Below are positions 23,563 to 36,091 of a DNA stretch of 64,000 nt, one piece after another. Below the pieces are notes generated by a model. It had not been told where the DNA came from. It worked only from the letters and a program-made list of their open reading frames with translations, and ran no database searches. This stretch comes from Picochlorum sp. SENEW3 (taxonomy: Eukaryota): positions 868,001 through 932,000 of the forward strand of contig CP120455.1 in the NCBI GenBank assembly GCA_034226945.1, written 5' to 3'. Positions within the stretch are counted from its first letter, which is position 1. Each line of letters begins with the position of its first letter. The translations under genes were made by a program, and so were the position numbers.

Positions 23563-23752
23563 TATATATACTTCTATGAATGAAATGAGACCTCATCTCA
23601 TGGGAGAAGAGGATGATGTGAGATCGAGATCGGACCCTTTCCTTGTATTATAAACTTAAAAAAAACGTTCACTTGGGAACGTGAATAGGGTGTCGTGATA
23701 ACAACGAAACTGTATCATTTCTATTACATACAGATATATACGGATCAATAAG

Positions 23753-24798
23753 ATGGGGATATATCAGCCTTGGGTAGAGAAATAGTACGTGACAATTTGA
23801 AATTCTGCTTTTCGCTCCATCGCTGTATCGAATCCTGTGTGTGCAGTCGGCCTAGAAAAATAACTGATGTGGCTCATCAGGAAGAGGTGGTGCATACACT
23901 GAGTCATTCGCTGTCCTCTGGGCACCTGCCTCATGTGCTCATGTACGGTCCTCCAGGAACGGGGAAGACGACGTCTGCGTTGGCCATGGTTAGGCAATTG
24001 TTTGGTCCTGAGCTGATGAAAAATAGAGTTTTAGAGCTGAATGCTTCTGATGAGCGTGGTATTGGTGTTGTGAGGAACAAAATCAAAGATTTTGCAGCGA
24101 CTGCTGTGGGGGGACATGCGGACGGGTATCCTTGTCCTCCGTACAAGGTGATCATTTTGGATGAGGCAGATTCCATGACCAATGATGCTCAGAATGCGCT
24201 TCGAAGGACTATGGAAACATATTCTCGTGTGACACGGTTTATATTTATCTGCAATTATGTGAGTAGGATTATTGAGCCCCTTGCGTCGCGGTGTGCCAAG
24301 TTTAGATTCAAACCGTTGCAAGGGGAGGTTATTTATGGGAGGATTGAGTATATTTGTAATGAAGAAGGAGTGGAATTGGGTGCTGGGAGTTTGGAGGCGT
24401 TGGGGGCAGTGTGTGGAGGGGATATGAGAAAGGCTATCACAACCTTGCAGAGTGCGTATAGGCTCAAGGGGTCCCCAGTCATGCCTGACACGATTTTGGA
24501 TGTGGCCGGAACTGTCCCGGATAGTGTTGTTCGCAATGTGCTGGATATGTGCAGGGGCGAGCCGTTCCAGAAAGTGCAACAAGCTGTAGAGGATGTCATT
24601 GCAGATGGGTATCCAGCCCAGGAGATTTTGAAAAAGATTCAGAGTCTCGTGTTGGATGATGGATCCATGCCAGAGAGCACTCGTGGTCAGATTCTCGTCA
24701 AGCTAGCTGAGGCGGATAAGGATTTGGTGGATGGTTCTGATGAGTATTTGCAGCTGCTTGCTGTTGCAGCGCATATTCAACAGGTGCTCATGACTTGA
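23753..24798 (+). CDS. RFC4: replication factor C small subunit (yeast Rfc2 / human RFC4 type)
   Basis: PWVEKY|RP, GPPGTGKT, LELNASDERG, CPPYKVIILDEADSMT, SRC motif. Confidence 0.92.
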
Positions 24799-24837
24799 TT
24801 CTTCTGCTCATAGTATTACATTGTAATGAAATAGGTA

Positions 24838-27345
24838 TCATATTTTGTTTAGAGATATACCATTGTCAATTGTATACGCATACGACCACGTTGGCTGAGA
24901 AGGATGCAGGGGCAGGAGGTCAACCTGTGGCATATTCATCACATCTGATCCACCAGGACTCACAATCATCCTATGACCATCTGGGACAATGTATTTCAGG
25001 TTGCCTTTCAGGGTGACATTCCGTGCTTCGAACTCAGATCTTCCTTTCAGCACGATCTGGCAGGATTCTTTCCGCTCGACTCGATGTCTCCAGTAGACAT
25101 TGTGTGGGTTTTCATAATCAATTCCCTGGTTGTCAACTTTAACATTTTCCAGACATATTCTGGCACATGTAGTTCTACTATAGTGCAATCTTCCATCCAC
25201 ATACGTTCCCATGACGGAGTCTGCTGATACTATCAGGCTTCCAGAGACCTCTAAATCGACAATACTAGCTTCTGCAACTTCCAGCTGCACCTCTGCACGC
25301 TCATGCATTTTGCCTCCCTTGATCTTTTGCGCAACGACGTGCCAGAGCGGTCCCAAAGCAGGGTGGAATAAGAAAACAAATCCTGGTCCAGTTTCCAAGT
25401 ATTTTTCAACTGAACCCACGCCAGGCATGTCCATGCCGCAAAGTTCCAACATTGCTTTTGCATTTTGTTGCAAATCATAAAAGGATCCATCAGGAGTTTG
25501 ATGAATTTTCAGAGATCCAGGCTTTCTTTTCCTCTTTGCTGATGATGTTACCTTTCTACGGGGCCCATAGACTAAGAAGGTTGGTAGATCTGAGCAATCG
25601 GTGTCTTCATTCACTGGTGCTGCAAAGCAGTCTGCCAAGTTCTGCATGGTGCATTCAAGTCGTCCAGCATGTGCGTGTTCTTCCTGCTCAGTCTCCACAT
25701 TCAAATGGCAAGTTTCTTTGCTTGTATTCAGGATCATTCCAGGAAGAACCGCCTCTGTTGTTCCCGAACGGACGCCTTGTCTCACCATTTTCTCAATGTG
25801 TTCTAGCCCCAAGTACAAGACATTTGTATTTGCTGGGAAAAGAGAGTATGAACTACCATTCTCCCCCTTGTCCTCGATTCCTAAACGTGTAAATTCTGTG
25901 TATTCCACGTTAGTTATTCGCGACGTAGTTTCTTTTGAACCATCACGTTTTGTGAGCGTTTCTTTCAGGACGACATTCATTCCCTCTGCTGCACCAACCA
26001 CCCTTTCACATGATGCAAAACCAAATGCTTTGTTTCCTACAATCCCTTGTCCAGACAGTGCCAGCAGCGTCTTATCTTGGCCAGCCATAGGATTACTTAT
26101 TTGTCTGACAATTGCTGCATCCCGATTGTGCGACTTGAGCCAATCGAAGACACCATTGTCCAGCATCAACTTCCATATAACCCCGTGCCCTCCAGGTTTC
26201 ATGATGATCTTGAGGGGGCCAGATACTGCCCATTTCCCATCAATTGCCTTCACAATGGGCACCATGGGTTGTTTAAATAATTTGAATGACTCTTCTCCTC
26301 GTCCAAACCAATGATTGGCCTCAAATAATTGCATCACTCTCTTGTGATTCCCTTTTGCCAGGGATGTCATCACAGCAACTGGCGTTGTGCTCTGTTCTCC
26401 ATAAAGGCAATAATACAAATACTCGCGACCTTGGATATCTCGTATCAAATTCTCCAATAACGATCTGCCACAGTACGGAAGCACCGCAGTAGGAAGGCTA
26501 TCGCCAGTCTCCTCACACTGCAGGCCCAACCGATCTCCAGCACCACCCAAGGGATATATCTCTGCCATCCTCCCCATCATTTCTACTCCCTTCAATACAG
26601 ATTCATTTGATTCTCCAGATCTCAGATCCAAACCTTCTGGGACGAGCATCTCGACGTGGCGCTCCTCCAAGTCACTCTCTGATGCCGCCTCCTCTGATGA
26701 CAGCAAGGTGAGGCACTGCAGCTGATACCCAGCCAGTCCCCCAATGCTATCATAAAACTCTTCCACTCGCTCCAACGACTCTGCTAGTCTATGTAAAGAT
26801 TTCATATACTCGTTTGGATCCATCTCATCACTCAAAGCAAACATGACATGCTCCTGACCTATTTCCATCAAACACAAGATGCAAAATGCTCGTCTACTGT
26901 TCATGGATGACATGCACAACAGAATCCGTTCCCGCCTAGACGTAGCTTTTAAGCACCTCTGTACCCTTTCTCGTCCCATGAGATACTCAACTCGCTTACT
27001 ATACGTCGCAATCGCGCGTAATTCCAAAATCAACCTTGCAATTGAAGATTGAGTGTCCTCAGGAGACACGTCCTCCTCAGTAAAAGAAACAAACCTCTCA
27101 TCAGACAAAATTGCAGCTGTTCTGTCATATACCCGGCCATTGTCGCGGAGATTGGAGCCATCTCGTGCAGATCGACGATTATTGTACGAATCAAGAGAAG
27201 AGGAAGCGACCAACCTCCAACAGTCACGCGTGCTCTGAGTCACCAATCCCACCCTATGGCATCCTTTCAAAGACCAATGCTCATCTCCGCCCCCATATCT
27301 CGACCAATATCGCCCAGATATGGATGTAGGAGTTGACAACAACAT
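24838..27345 (-). CDS. UGP3: chloroplast UDP-glucose pyrophosphorylase 3 (sulfolipid pathway)
   Basis: FYDSIGGLAGYQ, EIYPLGGAGDRLGL, KPGGHGVIWKL, FPANTNVLY, GRLECTMQN, QTPDGSF. Confidence 0.88.
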   Translation of the reverse strand: MLLSTPTSISGRYWSRYGGGDEHWSLKGCHRVGLVTQSTRDCWRLVASSSLDSYNNRRSARDGSNLRDNGRVYDRTAAILSDERFVSFTEEDVSPEDTQSSIARLILELRAIATYSKRVEYLMGRERVQRCLKATSRRERILLCMSSMNSRRAFCILCLMEIGQEHVMFALSDEMDPNEYMKSLHRLAESLERVEEFYDSIGGLAGYQLQCLTLLSSEEAASESDLEERHVEMLVPEGLDLRSGESNESVLKGVEMMGRMAEIYPLGGAGDRLGLQCEETGDSLPTAVLPYCGRSLLENLIRDIQGREYLYYCLYGEQSTTPVAVMTSLAKGNHKRVMQLFEANHWFGRGEESFKLFKQPMVPIVKAIDGKWAVSGPLKIIMKPGGHGVIWKLMLDNGVFDWLKSHNRDAAIVRQISNPMAGQDKTLLALSGQGIVGNKAFGFASCERVVGAAEGMNVVLKETLTKRDGSKETTSRITNVEYTEFTRLGIEDKGENGSSYSLFPANTNVLYLGLEHIEKMVRQGVRSGTTEAVLPGMILNTSKETCHLNVETEQEEHAHAGRLECTMQNLADCFAAPVNEDTDCSDLPTFLVYGPRRKVTSSAKRKRKPGSLKIHQTPDGSFYDLQQNAKAMLELCGMDMPGVGSVEKYLETGPGFVFLFHPALGPLWHVVAQKIKGGKMHERAEVQLEVAEASIVDLEVSGSLIVSADSVMGTYVDGRLHYSRTTCARICLENVKVDNQGIDYENPHNVYWRHRVERKESCQIVLKGRSEFEARNVTLKGNLKYIVPDGHRMIVSPGGSDVMNMPQVDLLPLHPSQPTWSYAYTIDNGISLNKI

Positions 27346-27782
27346 GGATTCCACTCAGGTCAACCCCTCTGGTCTACTGCAAAATATAGATCTTTGTTCA
27401 GTATGGCTGTGATATAATGCATTTCATATACCTTAATATGCCAATGCAATATCAATCAGCACATTGGATGAGCAATACGTACGTGTATCGTTGTGGCCTG
27501 TGATCTCTGTTCAATCTGTTCAGGCTACAATTGTCTTCGGCGAGTCCAATGTTCGCCTCTACAATACAGTATTAATTGTATAAATACAATCCCATAACGG
27601 GGAGGTGCTGTATGGATCTGTAACTGTCGTGCGCTGATACCAATGCGCGCGGATATATTCCCTTGCAAGGAATATACTGTGTCAGGAGGGAATCTTTGCC
27701 CTGTTCAATGGTCTGGATCGGACGATAGCGTACTGCAATGAAAACATGTACTTTTACAATTTATTCATCTATCCATTGGGGT

Positions 27783-29864
27783 CTAAAATCCGGGAGGAGG
27801 TTGGGTTGGTCCATGCCTTGGTGGAGGTCTACGAGGAGGCTTTGGTTGAGCTGATGATGTGTATTCTGGTGCCTGGAGCTGTCGCAGCAAGGCGGAACCA
27901 GCTGTCTCACCCGCCGGAGAAGTATGTCGCTGAAGATCTATCTGAGATGATACTGAAAATCCAGGAGGTGCCACAGGTCTTCCCGTGATATCCTGTGGTG
28001 GATTGGCAATATTCACATTCACACCAGGGAACAAGGACTGGAAAAATGTTCCCGCTTCTTTCAGAGCTGGCGAATCCGAGCTAGCCTCTATGGAAGCTGG
28101 CGTGTGATGAGTTCTACCCAAACCAGAATCTTCTTGTTGTGCAAAAGCGAATCGGGACTGCTTTCTAACTGGTTGCACTACTGGTTTGCTGTTATTCTGT
28201 TGACCATCGTGGTGCATGGCTGTACCTGCGAGCGGAGTTCCAAATCCTGGTGGCAGTTGTTTCGATGATGATGCAGTTTTCGGCGGTTTCTGTGCCACAG
28301 GTGGCGGTGGTGGAGGGCGTGGGTGCGACGCTGCTTGCTCAGCTGCTGTCTGAGTCTCCAGTCTATGTTGCACCTCGTCCAATGTCAATCCAGCCATTTT
28401 TGTAGTTGGAAGACGATCCTGTTTCTTCGGCTCCCTTCCTGCTGCAGAGACAACTCGAAGTGCCTTGGGTTGGGAAGGGGATGTCAGAGGAATCAATTTA
28501 GGCATTGGTTGGGTCTGACGCGATATCTTCTTGCTATTCCCTCTTTCACTCGACTTTGCGTTCGCAATCTGCTCTGCCATGGATATCGTATCAGATGTTA
28601 AAGGTATCCCATTGGTTTGGACGTCGTTGACCCCTACTGTCCCTGCAAGAGTAGGCCACTGCTTTGTATCACTGGTGGGCGGTGGCGTGTGTGCCGTCTT
28701 CTGGCCAGAAACACTTGGGCTTGAAGCTGCAGCGGCCCATAGTCCTTTCGGTGGTGGTGGTGGAGGAGGAGGCGGTGGTGGAGGAGGGGGAGGCGGTGGC
28801 ACTGCCCCTCCCTCATGATGATCATGCATCCCTTGATATGAATCATCCGAACCATGATATGACCCATACAGACCCTCTTTAGACATCGAACGTCTCCTAC
28901 CAGATATCGCTATAGAGTCCGATCCCAAGGTGTCCAGGCTTCCATTCGAGTGAGGATGGTGGATTGTTATTCTAGGTTTGAAAGTATTTGTTGCTCCCAT
29001 GGCCATGAATCTCGGTGGCAATAACCCAGCAGCCACATCTTCCTTCGTCAGGCAATCCTCTTCATCTGCCATTTCATGTAAATATAAGCAATCCGGATTT
29101 GTGCATGGGACGCCTTTCAAAAAGGCATTACAGTACTTTGTTGTTCCAAAGCATGCCTTCACTTGCCTACCCCTCCACGTCTCTCCGTCAATAGCCTTGA
29201 TACATTTCAACGCATCGTCCGAACTCTTATACGTCACATATGCACTTCCTGTGGGACCATGCTGCTTTGACGCATGATGCGATATGTACTGGTTCGTCCT
29301 ATTCACTGAGATTTTGACAATCTTTCCAAACTGCCCAAAAAAACTCTGTTCTCGAAGCGTCTCCTCATGACAAATATCCATCGCCAACCCTACAGTATAC
29401 ACTAAATTTGGCTGTACTACCCGAATATTTGCCAGATGCGCCTTCGAGTGCTTTGACCCATGCACACCACGCAAGTGCTTCTCCTTCTCCCGTAGCTTTC
29501 TCTTCTCCTCCTCCAGCTGCTCGTGATCAATATGCTGCATCGATATCTTATTCTGATCGTACTCAGATCGACAATTTGGGCATTTTGCAACCAAATTCTC
29601 TTTTAACGCTTCCTCTAATATCTGATGATAACACCACAGACATGGCCGAACTGCACACATGCATGGTCACCGTCACACCATGGTCACACTCATACCAACA
29701 CCATACCCACACGTACATCCACACTCGCAATACCGAATACTTTTATCAGTCAAATCTAACTCATTGCAGCACACTGGGCACTCCTCTACCTCCTCTTGCT
29801 CGCCAGAGTACTCGTCCATGGAGCGGTGTGTACAGTAATACTCACCACCTCCTCCAGACGCCAT
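27783..29864 (-). CDS. CNOT4: CCR4-NOT subunit 4 (C4C4 RING + RRM + CCCH), 2 exons
   Basis: ECPVCCNELDLTD..CECG|..CLWCY..CPNCR, RVVQPNLVY, FGQFGKI, CFGTTKYCNAFL..CTNPDCLYLH; Pro-rich tail. Confidence 0.92.
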
Positions 29865-30404
29865 TCTCACTATTCCCTAGCTCTGTTCGTATCACTGTCC
29901 CAGAACTCTCTTAATTTGATAATGAGACATGGGTAGAAGATCTAATAACGTATACTACCGGACTCCAAGCCAAAACGTATCCGAAGTCTTGAATCGATGG
30001 TCGTCACTCTTGAAATTGAAACCAAGTCAGTCACTAATTGATACTACAATAGCACTCCAGGGCAAAATTGGAATATAATAAATAAGTAGACAATTCTTGG
30101 GCGTCACACAGCCCCTTTCATGCATCACGTCGCCATTCATGCCCAAGTCCCAGTCGACGGGACACCAATGTCCTTTAAGGTCTAAATTGGGAACACCATG
30201 TCCCTTGCCCTGTCCATGCTGGAGGAGTACCACCCATCAATGTACATGTTTGATGGGAACACATGGGTCGACAACCACCCCGTGGGAGGGCGCATACCTC
30301 ATCCATCCACCATTATCCACAACAGACCCACGACGCAGTCCCTGATGTCAGACATTTAATCATTCCATAGTTATATATTGACACGTACCAATACATTTGT
30401 CACA

Positions 30405-30929
30405 ATGGTTGCCCAGACTATGTCAGTTCGCCCAGCAATGTTGGCTCAGCGCCAATGTGCGGCCAAGGCTGTGACCACCCGTGCTGCTCCAATGCCAATG
30501 GTCTCTAGCAGGTACGATTGCAGTATTCCAATGATGATGGATGGATCTCTCATACAGAGAGATCACCCTTGCGGAGTTGATGTAGAGGTTTTGCGGGCAT
30601 CAACGAATCGCTTCACACTCTGCTCCGTTTCCGATTCATCCCTAAAGCAAATACAGATGTGAATAATAGTGTATGAGATACTTGTGATAACATGGTCTAA
30701 CATTGTCACGGATTGTTGCAGAGTGTCTCTTGCTACCAAGAAGAATAATGTATCTGCAAGACAGACTGTTGTTGCCAACATGGGAGCAACAGAGGTTGCT
30801 CAGGTAGCTGGTGAAGCCGGATATATCGGTGGTGTCGCTGGAGTGATGTTCGGTATCACTTTGGTGGGTCTTGCCATTGGATTTGTTCTCTTGAGAATCG
30901 AATCCTTGGCTGAGGAGGGAAAGATCTAA
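30405..30929 (+). CDS. PETM: cytochrome b6f subunit PetM precursor (intron 30512-30721)
   Basis: Transit peptide followed by GEAGYIGGVAGVMFGITLVGLAIGFVLLRIESLAEEGKI. Confidence 0.92.
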
Positions 30930-31236
30930 TTCATGTAAATTTTTATGTAACATGACACACACACGTATTCTCATACTTTATAGAATAGATTCAATCTCGT
31001 ATACTATGCACATGTCGCTCTCTCTGGGTGTATATACATCCATGGATAAGATCATCATCATGATGATGCCCTTCTGACCATGTGGTCAATCATGTGAGTC
31101 AACCATCATCATCATCATCATGAAGAACATGTTGTTGTTCTTCATTCTCATGACACACAATGGACGGACAGCCTCGTGTGTAAAAAAAAAACAGAATAAA
31201 AATAGTGTATTATTATACCAGTAGGAGGAGCCTATA

Positions 31237-32292
31237 ATGTCATTAGAACCGATGGACGACGGAACATCCTTTCCCAACAAGGTCAATGGACCCAGTCGGC
31301 ATTTGAGTTTGGTGGATCATGCGTTGGTCCATTTGTACGGGGTTGCTTGTTTGTATCGATGGAAGGATGTGGGAGACTATGCGTCCCTGGTTTATGAGAG
31401 AGGAGGGAGTGTTGAGGAGGTACAAGGGTGTGCGAGACATCTGGTTGTGTACGTTTTCCCTTGTTCTTCTTGTTCCTAGTCTAGTCTTCGTCCGAGATGG
31501 AATGTGGATTTTTGTCAGCTGATGGAAAATCTGATATAATAATAATAGTAATCCTATGATGACGACGCTGATTCCCATTGTTGTTGTGTAGGTTTTGTGG
31601 CTATGGGCCATGTTTGGCTGCCATGACAGCATTGAAAAAGGGCAAGGTTGGGAAGACATGATTCGACTTGCAGCCATGATAGGTTTTTACTGTTATAATA
31701 TCTTGCAGGCCATTCCTCATGATACGCCGGGAAAGGTGGGTGGTGATCCGGGGAATGCTTTTGGAATAGTATATCAGGGGGTGGAAGGAGCTGTGAGGGA
31801 CAAGGTGTATGATGCCGACCCTGTGTTGGAGGCGTGGATTCAGTCTCATTTGTATGGTGATGTGTACAGCAGTCCAGGTCTGACTATGCTACAGAAACAG
31901 TATTTGACGATTATGGGTCTCGTGAAATCACATATGATGGAGCAGATATATGGACACGCGTTTGCTGCCTTGCGGTTTGGGGCCACTGAGGATGCCTTGA
32001 AAGAAGTTGTTGATATTGCTGCATTCCTCATGACGCAATCTTCTTCATCTGAGGATACAGAAATTTTTAGAAAAGCAAAAAGGACAATAGATATGGTACG
32101 TATACATGTGATGGTCGAATACTGCTGCTATGTTGGAACTGAAGCCACACCTGATGGCGTGTCAAACTACTATCAATCATGATGATGCAGGCTGTTATCA
32201 AGTACAAGAGAGGAAGCAGCACCCAGAACGCTGATCCTCCCGCACTTGTCGTCGATCAATCATCCATTCGTATTCCAATGAGAAACTCGTGA
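31237..32292 (+). CDS. AhpD-like / carboxymuconolactone decarboxylase family protein (4 exons)
   Basis: VV|FCGYGPCLAAM, WIQSHLYGDVYSSPGL..LQKQYLTI, HAFAALRFGATEDAL; exons join in frame through three GT-AG introns. Confidence 0.7.
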
Positions 32293-32296
32293 CATG

Positions 32297-32704
32297 TCAC
32301 ATGGAGGCCTTGAGCTTGACGGCATCGAGGATGGGCTGAAGTTTCATTGCCAACCCCATACTCCCCTTGATTTTCAACTTTCTAGTCAAAAACGCAGTCT
32401 GCGATCCAATCTTACCAGACACCAGAGCCACAAATGTAGAACCCTTCATGGTCAGCGTTATATCCGCCTGATCGCCACCTTCCTCCTCAGAGTCAACCCG
32501 TGACAGCTTTCCTTTACCTGGGCGAAGATCAAGGCACCACTTCTCCCCATCTATCACAAATACGACAATGCCTTTGATAGTATTCTCTAAATCTTCTCGA
32601 AGACTCGCATCTTTGTCCAAATTCTCCTTCAGTTGCTCAAGAAGAGCAACTGATGCAGACGTCGAAGTCTTGGCAGTCTCAAACCGAACCTTTTTTATCC
32701 CCAT
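32297..32704 (-). CDS. SCP2: sterol carrier protein 2 domain protein
   Basis: WCLDL, ADITLTM..STFVALVSGKIGSQTAFLTRKLKIKGSMGLAMKL. Confidence 0.88.
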   Translation of the reverse strand: MGIKKVRFETAKTSTSASVALLEQLKENLDKDASLREDLENTIKGIVVFVIDGEKWCLDLRPGKGKLSRVDSEEEGGDQADITLTMKGSTFVALVSGKIGSQTAFLTRKLKIKGSMGLAMKLQPILDAVKLKASM

Positions 32705-33112
32705 GGCGACTCCACTATCTCTATCTGGTGTCTATTTGTACTAAATAATAGTTCTATAAATAAGATAAGAGCACATGGTTGAAGAATACCATTGTAATCA
32801 ATCAATGATTTCAGTTTCGTTGAAACCCACACTCGACATGGAGGTGGACCGGTCCAGCCATCGCGATGATCGTTCGATCGAACGATCGCCAAAATGTGTG
32901 GCAAGTTCGCCATGTTGATCAAGTTGTGGGAACATCGACTGTATCAGCCATACAATATTGTTGTATACTCTAGGCTACATATTGTTTGATAGCGTGTGTC
33001 ATAGTTAAACACGAGGAGGGGTATGTCGGCGTGAACCTTGTCGTCATTGTTATTTTCGCACACGTGACTTTTGAACGAACACACAACGGTATTTGTTTGA
33101 ATTTGAGCAATT

Positions 33113-34822
33113 ATGTCGATTCCAACGTTATATGTGTCAAAGAAGAGTACAGCAGATCCTCTGTTGGATCTGTTGTCGCGGAAGAAGACAAAGGGAACTG
33201 GGACGGCAACACCAAAATTGGACACTGTTGACGAAGCAACCAAGGGGAAGAAGGGGGCGATGCGGAATGGAGATGAGAAGACGACTGTGCTTGATGAAAT
33301 GCCCATGTTGAATTTTTTATCTTCCGATGTGAAGCAGGACGAAGGTGGTGGTGGGTCGGGTACTCCAGGATTTGGGAGGCAGAGGGGCAAGCCTTTGTGG
33401 TCAAGTGATCGGTTGGGGGGCGGCGAGGAGTCTGTGGGGCGTGGGCCTGGATCAGGTTCAGGAGAGCGTTTGTTTGGAATGAAGGTGCGGGGGAAGAGAG
33501 GGTTGTTGAAGGGCAAGCGGTCTCAGGAAAAAGAGGAGGGTGCTGCTGCTGTAGAGACAAAGATTGATGGCATGGAGAAGAAGAAGGAGGAGGAGGAAAA
33601 GGAAAAAACGAAGCTTGATAGCGTGAGGAAGAAGATTGATAAGTTCAAGAAAAAGCAGAAGGCAAAAGAGGAAGAGGATGAGAAGATTCATGAGGGCAAG
33701 GTCCAGAACAAACATGCAAAGGATGAAGGCCGCCCTCGTGATGTACATGCGAGCAAGCGAGGTGCGACTGAGAAGAAAACGGCAAAAGATTCTACACATG
33801 AGGAGGATGCTTTGAATTTGGCATCATTGGCTGCACAAGCTGGTGCCAGTGCTGCAACTGGAAAAGTACCTGGTGTCAAAGAGACTCAAGGTGATGATGT
33901 GACGGGGGAGAAGACGCTGGAAAAGGAGGTGGTAGAAAAGAGCACACGTAAACCAATAATGACAAAAGAGGCTGGAGCAAGGCGTCAGAAACGAGCCTAC
34001 AGAAAAAGATCAGATATGCCTCCCCTTGAGGTCAATGGTATAAGCATACCCCGTGTTGTTGGTGTCCCTGATGATGTACTGACCGAATTAGCATCGATGC
34101 CGCCAACAGAGCGTCCAGTGAGATGTGGTTTCTGCCGATCGTGCGAGAATCCTGCCCGTAAAAAAGCTTGTGAAGTCATGCGATCATTGGGTGCCAATCC
34201 TCCAATTCCTCGAGGAAAGAATCGGCTTGCCATATTGGGACCAGATAATGTGAAGAAACACGTGTCCAGAACATGTAATGTGCCATTTAGTAATACGCCA
34301 CTTGGTCAGGGTGACGATGCTAAGAAAAAATTCACACCTGCATCCGCTGACAAAAATACAGGTGATTTGGCAGAAAAGATGGAGGGAGCCACGGACGATT
34401 GGACAGAAGAGCAATTGCAAGCATTGCACCAGGCCCTGCTGGATATATCTCCAAATACAAATGATTTTTGGTTGAAAGTATCCTATCATGTACCTGGTCG
34501 CAACCGAGCAGAATGCTTTGCAAAAATATATGAGAATGCCCCACTGTATAGCAGCAGCAACAAGCCAAAAGCACGTAATGCAAGCACTCCACTGGATCCA
34601 AATGATGAAGGATACCTCTCAAATCTGATGAAGCGCCGGCGAGATCGAGCAATGGGAACTCTTGGAAAGCGTATGCGCATAGATTCAAAGATATTAAAGG
34701 CAACAACAGCTGATGGTGTCTCAGGCAAGCAACTCCTGCAGGATATTTTGCAGGCCCTCAAAGCTGCTGACAAACAGGATGATGGCGGCAAACAAGACTC
34801 AGATTGGAGCGATGCAGAATAA
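33113..34822 (+). CDS. nuclear protein with a CXXC-like Cys cluster and a SANT/Myb domain
   Basis: RCGFCRSCENPARKKAC and WTEEQLQALHQAL...FWLKVSYHVPGRNRAECF; Lys-rich N-terminal half. Confidence 0.75.
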   Translation: MSIPTLYVSKKSTADPLLDLLSRKKTKGTGTATPKLDTVDEATKGKKGAMRNGDEKTTVLDEMPMLNFLSSDVKQDEGGGGSGTPGFGRQRGKPLWSSDRLGGGEESVGRGPGSGSGERLFGMKVRGKRGLLKGKRSQEKEEGAAAVETKIDGMEKKKEEEEKEKTKLDSVRKKIDKFKKKQKAKEEEDEKIHEGKVQNKHAKDEGRPRDVHASKRGATEKKTAKDSTHEEDALNLASLAAQAGASAATGKVPGVKETQGDDVTGEKTLEKEVVEKSTRKPIMTKEAGARRQKRAYRKRSDMPPLEVNGISIPRVVGVPDDVLTELASMPPTERPVRCGFCRSCENPARKKACEVMRSLGANPPIPRGKNRLAILGPDNVKKHVSRTCNVPFSNTPLGQGDDAKKKFTPASADKNTGDLAEKMEGATDDWTEEQLQALHQALLDISPNTNDFWLKVSYHVPGRNRAECFAKIYENAPLYSSSNKPKARNASTPLDPNDEGYLSNLMKRRRDRAMGTLGKRMRIDSKILKATTADGVSGKQLLQDILQALKAADKQDDGGKQDSDWSDAE

Positions 34823-34851
34823 GATGTATTTTTAATTGTAAATAATATGCA

Positions 34852-36091
34852 ATGAGTGACGACGAGATTCCAGATTTGGAACCAATTCGTCCCGAGCTTG
34901 GGAACCAAACAGAGCCAGGCAACATACCTGACGCTGTAGACACTCTTGTACGCCCTCCTACTGCACTATACAGCGAGCCAGTTCCTGTATTATTGTTGAC
35001 AGGGTACTTGGGATCCGGGAAAACGACACTAGTGAACCATATTTTGACAGCCAAGCATCGCTACAGATGTGCGGTATTACTGAATGAAATTGGAGATACC
35101 GCGGATATCGAAAAGGCATTGGTCAGAGAACCAGAGGTATGTAATACATCTGTATTGTATGCCTGTAAAGTCAATGGTCGATGCTAGCCCGTTGTGTGCC
35201 CTGCAGGGACAAGAAGCTGCTCCCCTGACTGACTGGGTCGAATTAGAAAATGGATGCATCTGTTGCTCTGTAAAGAATGAGATGGTCAAGTCGTTGGAGT
35301 CTTTGCTGCAACAGAGGACAAAGTTTGATTACATCATTATTGAAACGACGGGTCTTGCCAATCCAGGACCAGTTGCATCTGCTCTTTGGACAGATCCAGA
35401 ACTGGAGACAAATTTGTGTTTGGATGCTATTGTTACTGTGGTTGATGCTGTTAATATATCCAGGCATCTTTCAACAGCAAATGAAGAGCATGGAGAGGCG
35501 AATGAGGCTCAGCGGCAGTTGGCTTTTGCTGATATCATCTTGCTAAATAAACTGGACCTCATTGATGGAGAGGCATGCAGTCGTGTGCGGAGTGCAATTA
35601 GGGAGATCAACGCTGACGCAAAGATAATACAATGTATCAAGTGTGATATTGATTTGGGGGAAATTTTGCATACTGGGATTTATTCTGGGGATAAGTTTTT
35701 GAGCGCTGTTGAATCAAATGGAGAAGAGCATGTCTGTTCTGATATCTGTAGTCACGGTGCAAACCATGCTCACAAGCACGATGTGAGGACATACACATTT
35801 TTCTCAGATGTTCCTCTTGACATAAACAAGTTTCGAATGTGGCTCGACGAATTCCTATGGGAGGAGGATGAGGAGTCTGCAAAAAAGCATGAAGTGTACC
35901 GGATTAAAGGGCTCCTTCATGCCCAGGGAAGCAATCACAAATCAATACTACAGGCCGTGCATGAGTTGTATGATATATTTGAGGGAAAAAAATGGGACCA
36001 GGATGAAGTCAGGCATTCGAAATTGGTCTTCATTGGCAAGAATTTACAAGATTCAGTCATTGCTGATGCAATTGAGGAATGCAAATGTTGA
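34852..36091 (+). CDS. ZNG1: COG0523/CobW zinc-regulated GTPase metalloprotein activator (intron 35137-35206)
   Basis: TGYLGSGKTT, GCICC, IETTGLA, NKLD and a CobW_C domain. N-terminal DDEIPDLEPI resembles the METAP1-docking motif of ZNG1. Confidence 0.88.

Noticed and set aside
28750..28800. GC-rich GGT/GGA repeat
   Set aside because: It is the poly-proline codon tract of CNOT4.
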